From the NCBI GenBank assembly GCA_017962845.1, contig JAGCUN010000006.1, forward strand, positions 2,336 to 66,335: 64,000 nt of DNA, in the 5' to 3' direction. The stretch is from Bacteroidales bacterium. Its GTDB lineage: Bacteria; Bacteroidota; Bacteroidia; Bacteroidales; WCHB1-69. Positions 20,720 to 28,960 of the stretch are shown piece by piece. Below the pieces are notes generated by a model that saw nothing but the letters and a program-made list of their open reading frames with translations, was not told the origin of the DNA and ran no database searches. Every line of letters starts with the position of its first letter. Positions within the stretch are counted from its first letter, which is position 1. A program made the translations under genes and the position numbers.

Positions 20720-21316
20720 TTATTTCGCGGGCACCAGGTTGGCGAAGCCCATGAATGCCATGGCGAGGATACCGGCGGTGATGAGAGCGATCGGAACGCC
20801 CTTCATCGCTTTCGGAACCTTCACCAGTTCCAGCTGCTCGCGCAGACCAGCGAAGATGCAGATGGCCACCGCGAAACCGATGGCTGAACAAACGGTATAT
20901 ATCACACTGTCAAGAATATAACTGCCGGCAGTAATATCGAACTTCTGGGTAACGCCGATAGCCACACCCAGTACTGCGCAGTTGGTGGTGATCAAGGGAA
21001 GAAAGATACCCAATGCCTGGTAGAGCGACGGACTGGACTTCTTGAGGATAATCTCCACCATCTGCACCAAAGCAGCGATAATCAGGATGAAAGCGATGGT
21101 CTGCAGGAACTCCAACCCCATCGGCACGAGCACATACACATGGATAAGGGAGGTGACCAGCGTGGCCAGGGTCATCACAAAAATGACCGCGACACCCATA
21201 CCCAGAGCGGTGCCGAGCTTGTTGGAAACGCCCAGGAAGGGGCAGATTCCCAAAAACTGCGACAATATAATATTGTTGACAAATACGCAGGCGATAAGCA
21301 TTAAAATGTATTCCAT
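20720..21316 (-). CDS. rnfA: Rnf complex subunit A
   Basis: NNIILSQFLGICPFLGVS, LGIFLPLITTNCAVLG. Confidence 0.95.
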   Translation of the reverse strand: MEYILMLIACVFVNNIILSQFLGICPFLGVSNKLGTALGMGVAVIFVMTLATLVTSLIHVYVLVPMGLEFLQTIAFILIIAALVQMVEIILKKSSPSLYQALGIFLPLITTNCAVLGVAIGVTQKFDITAGSYILDSVIYTVCSAIGFAVAICIFAGLREQLELVKVPKAMKGVPIALITAGILAMAFMGFANLVPAK

Positions 21317-21325
21317 AGCGAAAGA

Positions 21326-21913
21326 TTATTTGGGTTGTTGGATATGACGAATAAGGGCCATCAGCAGACCGAGCACGATGAACGCGCCGGGGGCGAGGAC
21401 AAAGACCAGGATATTGGTGGAGGCGGGCAGAAAAGCGTGGCCGAAGATGGCGCCGCTTCCCAGAATCTCGCGCACCGCGCCAATAAGGGTAAGACTCAGC
21501 GTGAATCCGACCCCCATACCGATACCGTCGAGGATGGAGTCGAACACGCCGTTCTTGGAAGCGAAGGCCTCCGCACGGCCCAGCACGATGCAGTTCACCA
21601 CAATCAACGGGATGAACAGTCCGAGACTGTCGCCCAAACTCGGAAGATAACCTTTGATGAGAAGGTCAACGATGGAGACGAAGGTGGCGATGACTACGAT
21701 GAAGGCAGGGATACGCACACGGTCGGGGATGAAATTCTTAAGCATGGAAATGAGCATGTTGGAGAGAACCAGCACAAACATGGTGGCCACACCCATACCC
21801 AGTCCGTTGAACGCCGAAGTGGTGACACCCAACGTAGGGCACATGCCAAGTACGAGCACGAAGGTGGGATTCTCCTTCAGAATGCCATTGGTGAGGATTT
21901 TCAGCTTTTTCAT
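21326..21913 (-). CDS. rnfE: Rnf complex subunit E
   Basis: ENPTFVLVLGMCPTLGVTTS, IPLIVVNCIVLGRAE, REILG. Confidence 0.95.
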   Translation of the reverse strand: MKKLKILTNGILKENPTFVLVLGMCPTLGVTTSAFNGLGMGVATMFVLVLSNMLISMLKNFIPDRVRIPAFIVVIATFVSIVDLLIKGYLPSLGDSLGLFIPLIVVNCIVLGRAEAFASKNGVFDSILDGIGMGVGFTLSLTLIGAVREILGSGAIFGHAFLPASTNILVFVLAPGAFIVLGLLMALIRHIQQPK

Positions 21914-22521
21914 TTGGTAACTCCTTTCTTTTTAAGGACTTTATCATAACCCTTGGCAGCGCGGTTCACAGCGTCGCAGAAGGCGCGTGAGGAGATGGTG
22001 GCCGCCGTGATGGCATCCACCTCGCCGCCATCCTTCACCACCTTGAGGTCGAAACTGCTGGCCTTGGGATTGATTCTCTTATCTTTGTTCTTGAACTGTC
22101 CGGCGAACTCGTCGGTCTTGATCTTGTCGCCCAGACCGGGGGTCTCGGAGGCCTTGATGACGGAGGTGCCGATGGTGTTGCCCTCTGCATCGAAACCGAC
22201 CATAATGGTGAACTTTCCATCGAAAGCCTTGTCGGTGTAGGTCTCAACGGCTGCGCCGAAAAGCGAACCGTCGGCGTTGTAGGCCAGATTGACCGTGATT
22301 TCCTGCTTGTCACCTTGGGAAGCAAGGACACTCTCCTGTTTGATTTCTCCCTTGAAGTTGGGCAGCACTTTCTGGATGGCTTCCTGGCGAATCCGCTGCT
22401 GCTCCTTTTCGATGGGATCCTTGGTCAGCGCATAGACAGCGGCCAGTGCGCCGGCGGCCACCACTGCGATGACCACGAGGGCCAACAGCATATTGGGAAG
22501 GGTGGATGTTTTTTTACTCAT
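21910..22521 (-). CDS. rnfG: Rnf complex subunit G
   Basis: Single TM segment; ETPGLG; FMN-attachment motif DAITAATISS. Confidence 0.93.
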   Translation of the reverse strand: MSKKTSTLPNMLLALVVIAVVAAGALAAVYALTKDPIEKEQQRIRQEAIQKVLPNFKGEIKQESVLASQGDKQEITVNLAYNADGSLFGAAVETYTDKAFDGKFTIMVGFDAEGNTIGTSVIKASETPGLGDKIKTDEFAGQFKNKDKRINPKASSFDLKVVKDGGEVDAITAATISSRAFCDAVNRAAKGYDKVLKKKGVTK

Positions 22522-22561
22522 TACTATTATTTATTTATTAGTTGAGAAAATTTCTTGAAAA

Positions 22562-23587
22562 TTAATGGGCGAAACGCTTCGGTTTGAAGGCCTTGTCGAT
22601 CAGCGGCACGAGGGCGTTCATGATGAGGATGGAGAACGACACCCCTTCCGGATAGGCGCCCCAGAGACGGATGATCATGGTGATGAGACCGCAGCCCACA
22701 CCGAACACGATCATGCCCCACTTGGAGGTGGGTGATGTGACCATATCGGTAGCCATGAAGCAGGCGCCGAGGATCATACCGCCGGTGAGCAGGTGGAACC
22801 ACGGGGTGGCATAATGGGTGGGATCGACGAGCCAGAAGATGCCGGCGAAGACGAAGGCGGTGAGCAGGAACGATACGGGGATATGCCAGCTGATGACGCG
22901 GCGCACCAGCAGGAAGATAGCGCCGAGCAGCAGGGCGATGGCCGAAACCTCACCGAAGCTGCCGCCCATCTGACCGACCAGATAGTCGAAGCCATTGGGC
23001 ATAGTCGCCGTCGTGCTGTCGCTGAGCGTCTGCGTGCTGTGCATCAGCGAATCCATGGCATGCGGATTGCTCTTCACACCCTCCTTGATGACGCCGAGAG
23101 GGGTGGGACCCGTGACCGCATCGGCAAACGATGCCGCACCTTGGCGCGGAACCGGCCAACTGGTCATGGCCGTCGGGAACGAAATCAGCAGGAACACACG
23201 AGCCGTGATGGCCGGGTTGAAAAGGTTCTTGCCCAATCCGCCGAATGCCATCTTGGCAATGCCGATAGCGACCAGGTCACCGACAATCAGCATCCAGATG
23301 GGCAGGTTGGCCGGCACATTGAAGGCCACCAGCATACCCGTGATGACCGCGGAACCGTCCATGATGGTGGGCTCCTGCTTCATCAGGAACTTCACAATCA
23401 GCCACTCGAACAACATACAGCACCCCACCGAAACCAGCGTGAGAATGATGACAGGGATGCCAAAGTAGTAAACCGAGACTAAGAAAGCCGGCAGCAACGC
23501 GATGACCACCGACCACATGATTTTCTTCACGGACTCTTCGCCATGCACGTGCGGAGAGCCAGAAATTTGAAGTAACTTATCACTCAT
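22562..23587 (-). CDS. rnfD: Rnf complex subunit D
   Basis: SPHVH, GGLGKNLFNPA, DAVTGPTPL (FMN Thr), FMATD, YPEGVSF. ATG 23587 follows a TACCTTTG box at 23610-23617. Confidence 0.95.
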   Translation of the reverse strand: MSDKLLQISGSPHVHGEESVKKIMWSVVIALLPAFLVSVYYFGIPVIILTLVSVGCCMLFEWLIVKFLMKQEPTIMDGSAVITGMLVAFNVPANLPIWMLIVGDLVAIGIAKMAFGGLGKNLFNPAITARVFLLISFPTAMTSWPVPRQGAASFADAVTGPTPLGVIKEGVKSNPHAMDSLMHSTQTLSDSTTATMPNGFDYLVGQMGGSFGEVSAIALLLGAIFLLVRRVISWHIPVSFLLTAFVFAGIFWLVDPTHYATPWFHLLTGGMILGACFMATDMVTSPTSKWGMIVFGVGCGLITMIIRLWGAYPEGVSFSILIMNALVPLIDKAFKPKRFAH

Positions 23588-23745
23588 TTTACTTGAAATT
23601 TTGAGAGTGCAAAGGTACAAATATTTATCAAGCTGAAAAAAATTTTTTTGATATTTTTTTTCAAAAAATACTTGTATATTTGCAGCCTTAATATTAAAAA
23701 AGAAAAATATCAATCAATCAATTATTTAAATTAATTTTTCACTCT

Positions 23746-24630
23746 ATGAAAAACATCAGAACCTTATTTATCGCCCTCATGGCCTGCATGGTGACCTTCG
23801 CTTTCACCTCATGTCAGAAAGATGGTATGTACAACCCGAAAAAGAAAATCTCCAAAATCTACACCTCTACCGATGGCAATGACCGCATTCTGCAAGAGAC
23901 CTGGATTTGGGACGGAAAAGTCCTGAGCGGCATCATGCTCAACGATGGTGACGTAATGATCGCCTTCAACTATGACAAAAAACAGCTCACTTCCCTCACC
24001 TACGGTGACGAGCAAATCATCTATTCATACGATGGCAAGCTCATTGACAAAATCACCTACATGGACGGTAACGAAGAAATTGCTTCCTACACCTTCAAAC
24101 ACGACGGCAAATTCATCTCCGGCGTGGATGCTGTTATCGACAACAACTACATGAAGAGCTCACGCCTTCTTGATGTAGCTTTCCGCAGTATCGACCCGAC
24201 CATCGCCCAAACGCAAGTGGCTCAGTTTGAGGCTGCCAAAGCAGAAGCTAAGGGTCTCTACAAATACAGCGATGTATACGAATATGACCACAAAAACCTT
24301 GTCACCCTCAAAAGACACGACAACAACAACAATGACTTCACCTACACCTTTACCTACAGCGACAACCTCAACCCCTTCTATCACCTGCTTGCCCCCGAAG
24401 GCCTCGGTGATGATGTCACCGGCTACGGTCTCTCCAAAAATGCCGTTGCTTCCTACCACTATGAGGACACCTACATCAACACTCGCGTAATCGACATGGA
24501 AGTCACCTTCCCGAAACTCGACGGCAAATACCCTGTTGAAGAGACCCGCACCGAAAAGACCACCCACACGGTCGGCAATCTCACCAACATCTACACCTCC
24601 GTCACCACTTATTATTATGAGTATGAATAG
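23746..24630 (+). CDS. Hypothetical lipoprotein with YD-like beta-strand repeats
   Basis: Lipobox FTSC-QKD; repeated Y/F-x-Y-D-G-K strands; TATATTTG box at 23675-23682. Confidence 0.75.
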   Translation: MKNIRTLFIALMACMVTFAFTSCQKDGMYNPKKKISKIYTSTDGNDRILQETWIWDGKVLSGIMLNDGDVMIAFNYDKKQLTSLTYGDEQIIYSYDGKLIDKITYMDGNEEIASYTFKHDGKFISGVDAVIDNNYMKSSRLLDVAFRSIDPTIAQTQVAQFEAAKAEAKGLYKYSDVYEYDHKNLVTLKRHDNNNNDFTYTFTYSDNLNPFYHLLAPEGLGDDVTGYGLSKNAVASYHYEDTYINTRVIDMEVTFPKLDGKYPVEETRTEKTTHTVGNLTNIYTSVTTYYYEYE

Positions 24631-24653
24631 CAGATATTTCTGCTAAATCAGAT

Positions 24654-24689
24654 AAAGTGAATGGCAGTTCTGCTGCTATTCACTTTTTT
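24654..24689 (+). terminator. Intrinsic terminator
   Basis: AAAGTGAATGGCAG-TTCTG-CTGCTATTCACTTT followed by a T-run. Confidence 0.75.
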
Positions 24690-24709
24690 ATTTTATAACC
24701 CAAATCATC

Positions 24710-25264
24710 ATGAAAATCCTCCTGCATTGTTGTTGTGCGCCCTGTTCGGCTGCCATTCTGGAATGGATGTTGCAGAACGGATGGGAACCCACCCTGTTCT
24801 ACTTCAACCCCAACATCTACCCGGAGCAGGAGTACCTTATCCGCAAGAACGAATGCACGAAGTATGCCGCCAAATTAGGCGTGCCGATCATCGACGGCGA
24901 CTACGACCATGAGGCGTGGCGGTGTTCGGTCGCCGGACTGGAGGAGGAACCCGAGCGCGGCGAGCGGTGCCTGCAATGTTTCCTCATGCGGATGGAGGCG
25001 ACCGCCCGCCTCGCCCACGAGCTGGGTATCACACTGTTTGCCACCACGTTAGCCTCCTCCCGCTGGAAGCGCCTCGACCAAATCAGCGATGCGGGACATG
25101 CGGCAGCGCTTCCCTACCCCGATGTGGAGTTTCTTGACCGCAACTGGCGAAAGGGTGGTCTGCAGGAGCGTCGCAACATCTTGCTGAAAGAGAACGGCTT
25201 TTACAACCAACAATACTGCGGCTGCGAGTTCTCGTTCCGTCAAAACGAACCCTCAAATATCTGA
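24710..25264 (+). CDS. queH: Epoxyqueuosine reductase QueH
   Basis: LLHCCCAPCS, FNPNIYP..EY..R, EPERGERC..CF, YNQQYCGCEFS. Confidence 0.93.
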   Translation: MKILLHCCCAPCSAAILEWMLQNGWEPTLFYFNPNIYPEQEYLIRKNECTKYAAKLGVPIIDGDYDHEAWRCSVAGLEEEPERGERCLQCFLMRMEATARLAHELGITLFATTLASSRWKRLDQISDAGHAAALPYPDVEFLDRNWRKGGLQERRNILLKENGFYNQQYCGCEFSFRQNEPSNI

Positions 25265-25266
25265 AA

Positions 25267-26097
25267 ATGACAAACTTATTTTTCGACAGCGGAGCCACCA
25301 AGTGCGACTGCATCCTTCTGGATGAGCAACACCGTTATGTGCAGCATTTCACCGGCGCCGGCATCAACGCCAGTTATGCCGATGACGCCACCATCGATGC
25401 CGCCATGGCGCAATTTGCGGAACAGACCGGGAGCGACGTGCGGGAGATCGTGTTTGCGGGGGCGGGATGCGGCAACGCGCAGAACGCCGCGCGCGTGCGG
25501 AAGGCCATCGAAGCCCACTACCACGCTACAACCATAGTGGTAGAGTCGGACCTGGCGGGTGCCTGCCGTCTGCTGGGCGGTGGAGAACCCTGCATGGTGG
25601 CGATCCTCGGCACGGGTGCCGCTGCCTGCCGGTATGATGGCCAGCAGATTACGGAGATTTCGCCCTCCTTGGGCTGGATGCTCGGCGACGAGGGCAGCGG
25701 CACCCACCTCGGCAAGCTGCTCATCACCCACTACCTCCAAAACGACCTGTCGGCAGCGTGCCGCACGAAGCTGGAGAGCACATACGGATTGGACCGCAGC
25801 GAGGTACTGCGCCGTGTGTACCGCGCCCCCTCCCCCAACCTGTTCTTTTCAGGATTGGCTAAATTTATTGGCAATAATATAGAAGAATTTACTGAATTAC
25901 AAACAATTACAACAGATTCTTTCAACCAGTTCTTCCAACAACAAATCCTTCCGTTACCCAACCACGACACCCTCCCCCTGCATCTGATGGGCTCCGTAGC
26001 CTTCCATTTCCAGCCCTATCTGCGCAAGGCCGCCGAAAACAATGGTATTCGCATCGGCATGGTGACCGCATCGCCGCTGGGAGTGATGAAGGGATGA
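25267..26097 (+). CDS. BadF/BadG/BcrA/BcrD-type ATPase (GlcNAc-kinase-like)
   Basis: DSGATKCD, GAGC, SDLAGA, ILGTG, LGWMLGDEGSG, GSVA. Confidence 0.85.
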   Translation: MTNLFFDSGATKCDCILLDEQHRYVQHFTGAGINASYADDATIDAAMAQFAEQTGSDVREIVFAGAGCGNAQNAARVRKAIEAHYHATTIVVESDLAGACRLLGGGEPCMVAILGTGAAACRYDGQQITEISPSLGWMLGDEGSGTHLGKLLITHYLQNDLSAACRTKLESTYGLDRSEVLRRVYRAPSPNLFFSGLAKFIGNNIEEFTELQTITTDSFNQFFQQQILPLPNHDTLPLHLMGSVAFHFQPYLRKAAENNGIRIGMVTASPLGVMKG

Positions 26098-26250
26098 AGG
26101 GATGAAAAGATGAAGGGATGAAAAGATGAAAAGATGAAAAGATGAAAAGATTATATGATTATACGATGATTAAGTAGTGTTCCCTTAACTTCTTAACTCC
26201 TTAACTCAAACCCTCCCCATCAACGAATCAACGAATCAACAAATCAACCC
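26085..26250. repeat. Composite array of 8-bp tandem repeats
   Basis: GATGAARR x8 (26085-26148), GATTATAY x2 (26149-26164), YCTTAACT x3 (26183-26206), ATCAACNN x4 (26219-26250). Confidence 0.9.
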
Positions 26251-26259
26251 CCAACCACC

Positions 26260-27231
26260 ATGCTTTGCATTTACAACCCCAGCACTGACGCTTATTTTAA
26301 CCTTGCCGCCGAGGAGTATGTTCTCAAACATTTTGAGGAAGACATCTTTATGCTTTGGCGCAACGACAAATCCATCATCATTGGCAAATACCAGAACACG
26401 GCAGCGGAGATCAACGCAGACTACGTGCAGGAGCACGCCATCAAGGTAGTGCGGCGCATGACCGGTGGCGGCGCGGTGTTTCACGACCTCGGCAATGTGA
26501 ACTACACCTTCATCGGCAGCAAAGGCAGCGGCGACTTCCGCACCTTCTCGGAGCCCATCCTGCGGGTGATGAACGAGTTGGGCGTACCCGCCCGATTTGA
26601 AGGACGCAACGACCTGACCATCAACGGGATGAAATTCTCTGGAACGGCGCAATGCGTCTATAAAAACCGCATCCTGCACCACGGCACGTTGCTGTTCTCC
26701 TCCGAGATGAGCGACCTGACGGCGGCGTTGAAGGTCAACCCGCTGAAATTCACCGACAAGGCCGTAAAATCGGTGCGGAAGCGTGTCACCAACATCAGCG
26801 AGCACCTGCCCAAACCGATGACGGTCACCGACTTCATCGACACCGTGATGCAGAACATCCGGGAGAACAGCGGGGAGGCCACCATGTATGATTTCACTGA
26901 GGAAGACCTGCGGGCCATCCGCCAGCTGCGCGACGAAAAATACAGCACCTGGGAGTGGAATTTTGGCACCTCACCCAAGTTCAGCTACAGCAAGCTGATG
27001 CGAACGGGCGGCGGCAACGTGGAGCTGAACCTCAACGTGGAGAAGGGTCTCATCCAGGGCATCAAGTTCTACGGGGATTTCTTTTCACAAAAAGAACCTG
27101 CGGAGTTTGAAAGGCATTTCCTCCAGCAAAAGTATGATACTGAAAGCATTCGCAAGATTTTGGAGACAGTGGAGATCGGCGATTATTTCAGAAATGTGAC
27201 GCTGGATGAGATGATGGCTCTATTTTTCTAA
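26260..27231 (+). CDS. lplA: Lipoate-protein ligase A
   Basis: FNLAAEEY, IGKYQN, RRMTGGGAVFHDLGN, GRNDL..KFSG, HHGTLL, KY.TWEWNFG. Confidence 0.93.
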   Translation: MLCIYNPSTDAYFNLAAEEYVLKHFEEDIFMLWRNDKSIIIGKYQNTAAEINADYVQEHAIKVVRRMTGGGAVFHDLGNVNYTFIGSKGSGDFRTFSEPILRVMNELGVPARFEGRNDLTINGMKFSGTAQCVYKNRILHHGTLLFSSEMSDLTAALKVNPLKFTDKAVKSVRKRVTNISEHLPKPMTVTDFIDTVMQNIRENSGEATMYDFTEEDLRAIRQLRDEKYSTWEWNFGTSPKFSYSKLMRTGGGNVELNLNVEKGLIQGIKFYGDFFSQKEPAEFERHFLQQKYDTESIRKILETVEIGDYFRNVTLDEMMALFF

Positions 27232-27274
27232 TAAAAATCGTATTTTTGCACCCTCAAATTCAAAACCTCAAATC

Positions 27275-27949
27275 ATGAGAAACCTATTATTAATCTTCGC
27301 ATGTGCCAGTCTGATTTTTGCCGGCACCGCGACCAAAGCACAAACCGAAATGACAAAACAAGAGAAAGCAAGCTACGCGCTTGGTGCCAACTATGGCGAA
27401 CAATTCAGAAACCTGGGCATCACCGTTGACATGGACATGCTGGTGAAGGGTATCAAAGAGGCCATGGCCGGCGAGAACCAGTTCAACCAGGAACAGATGC
27501 AGGAGGCCTTCAGCTATGTGGATGAGATGGTGAAAGAGGCACAGAACCGCATCTTGACGGAAGAGAAAGAGGCTGGTGCCAAATTCTTGGCTGAAAACAA
27601 GAAGAACCCGGGCGTGAAAGAGACCTCCTCCGGACTTCAGTACAAAGTGGTAAAAGAAGGCAACGGCAAGAAGCCTGCCGCCACCGACAGAGTGAAAGTG
27701 CATTACACGGGCACCCTGCTTGACGGTACCGTTTTCGACTCCTCAGTACAGCGTGGTGAGCCCGCCGTGTTCCCGCTCAACGGCGTGATTTCTGGCTGGA
27801 CCGAAGGTCTGCAGCTCATGACCGAGGGCTCAAAATACATCTTCTACATCCCCTCTAACCTTGCCTACGGCGACCGTGGCGCACAGACCATCAAGCCCGG
27901 CGCAACCCTGATCTTCGAAGTTGAACTTTTGGAAGTCAATCCTCAATAA
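27275..27949 (+). CDS. FKBP-type peptidyl-prolyl isomerase (FkpA/FklB-like)
   Basis: SYALG, SGLQYKV, VHYTGTL.DGTVFDSS, VISGWTEGL, LIFEVELL; TATTTTTG box at 27241. Confidence 0.93.
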   Translation: MRNLLLIFACASLIFAGTATKAQTEMTKQEKASYALGANYGEQFRNLGITVDMDMLVKGIKEAMAGENQFNQEQMQEAFSYVDEMVKEAQNRILTEEKEAGAKFLAENKKNPGVKETSSGLQYKVVKEGNGKKPAATDRVKVHYTGTLLDGTVFDSSVQRGEPAVFPLNGVISGWTEGLQLMTEGSKYIFYIPSNLAYGDRGAQTIKPGATLIFEVELLEVNPQ

Positions 27950-27952
27950 TTC

Positions 27953-28834
27953 ATGAAAAAAATCCTCCTTGTCCTTTGTATCGGTATTCTGCTGATGGGC
28001 TGTAACCGTCAGCAACAGACATCTGAAAACGTATTTTTCAAAGGAAAGGACTCCTACCAGCGCGAAGTGGTGCTCGAAAAAGAGCCCCTTCGCGTTGTTT
28101 CTTTCTCGCAGGCCGTCACAGAGGCCATCTTCCTGCTGCATGCGGAAGAGAAGCTGGTGGGCATCTCCCAGTTCTGTGATTACCCACCTGAGACCCAGAA
28201 CATTCCCAAAGTCGGCGACCTCATCAACATCAACGTGGAGAACGTGCTGAAACAACGTCCCGACTTGGTCATCGTAGGCTCTATTGTCAGCGACAAGACC
28301 GTGAAGCAGTTTGAGAAAGCCAACATTCCGGTATATTGCCTGAAAGAGGAGCAGCGCATTGACGACCTGCCGCGGCTGATCCGAACCGTAGGGGTGCTGC
28401 TGAACCGCCCCGAGGCGGCCGACCAACTTGCCCAAAACTATCATCAAAAAATCAACCAGTACAAGTCAAATGCACCAAAGTCGCAGAAGTCGGTGTATTA
28501 CGTGGTGGGCTTTGGCGCCACTGGCGACTATACCGTTCCTGGCAACACCTTCATCCACGACATCATCACGCTGGCGGGAGGGCGCAACATCGGCGAGAGT
28601 CTCACCACCTGGAGCGTGAGCCGCGAATACCTCTTCCAACAAGACCCCGACTGCATCTTCATCCGTGAGGAGGACTATGATGCATTTTGCCACACAGCAC
28701 CTTACAACCAGCTCAGAGCGGTCAAGGAAGGCCACGCCTACCCCATCCCATCCAGCAGCATTGACAACCTCTGTCCGAGGAATTTCCAAGTCATCGATAC
28801 AATGGCTGAAAGGCTGCAAGCATTGGCAGAATAA
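27953..28834 (+). CDS. ABC substrate-binding lipoprotein, helical-backbone (BtuF-like)
   Basis: Lipobox LMGC; PLRVVS..TEAIF...VGIS.FCDYP, NVENVL..PDLV, LAGGRN, QDPD. Confidence 0.8.
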   Translation: MKKILLVLCIGILLMGCNRQQQTSENVFFKGKDSYQREVVLEKEPLRVVSFSQAVTEAIFLLHAEEKLVGISQFCDYPPETQNIPKVGDLININVENVLKQRPDLVIVGSIVSDKTVKQFEKANIPVYCLKEEQRIDDLPRLIRTVGVLLNRPEAADQLAQNYHQKINQYKSNAPKSQKSVYYVVGFGATGDYTVPGNTFIHDIITLAGGRNIGESLTTWSVSREYLFQQDPDCIFIREEDYDAFCHTAPYNQLRAVKEGHAYPIPSSSIDNLCPRNFQVIDTMAERLQALAE

Positions 28835-28960
28835 ATTTTCTTCACCCTATCCTTATTTCATAATAATATCGTACTTTTGCTGTGAACAATAATTCACACA
28901 CAAAGGTTAACAATTCATTTTAAAATATTGATAGATAAGTATTAAGAAAATTTATAATTT

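Noticed and set aside
19554-20891. Extended N-termini in the ORF track (DUF4831-like, rnfD, GH53, GH20, C25, AlaX, transporter)
   Set aside because: The extensions overlap neighbouring genes or -7 promoter boxes; downstream ATGs give proper signal peptides or family starts.
17867-25264. Queuosine gene cluster or preQ1 riboswitch (queA, queH)
   Set aside because: The genes are about 6 kb apart on opposite strands with unrelated genes between, and no preQ1 aptamer was recognised in their short leaders.
26085-26250. CRISPR array
   Set aside because: 8-bp tandem units with no unique spacers and no cas genes.
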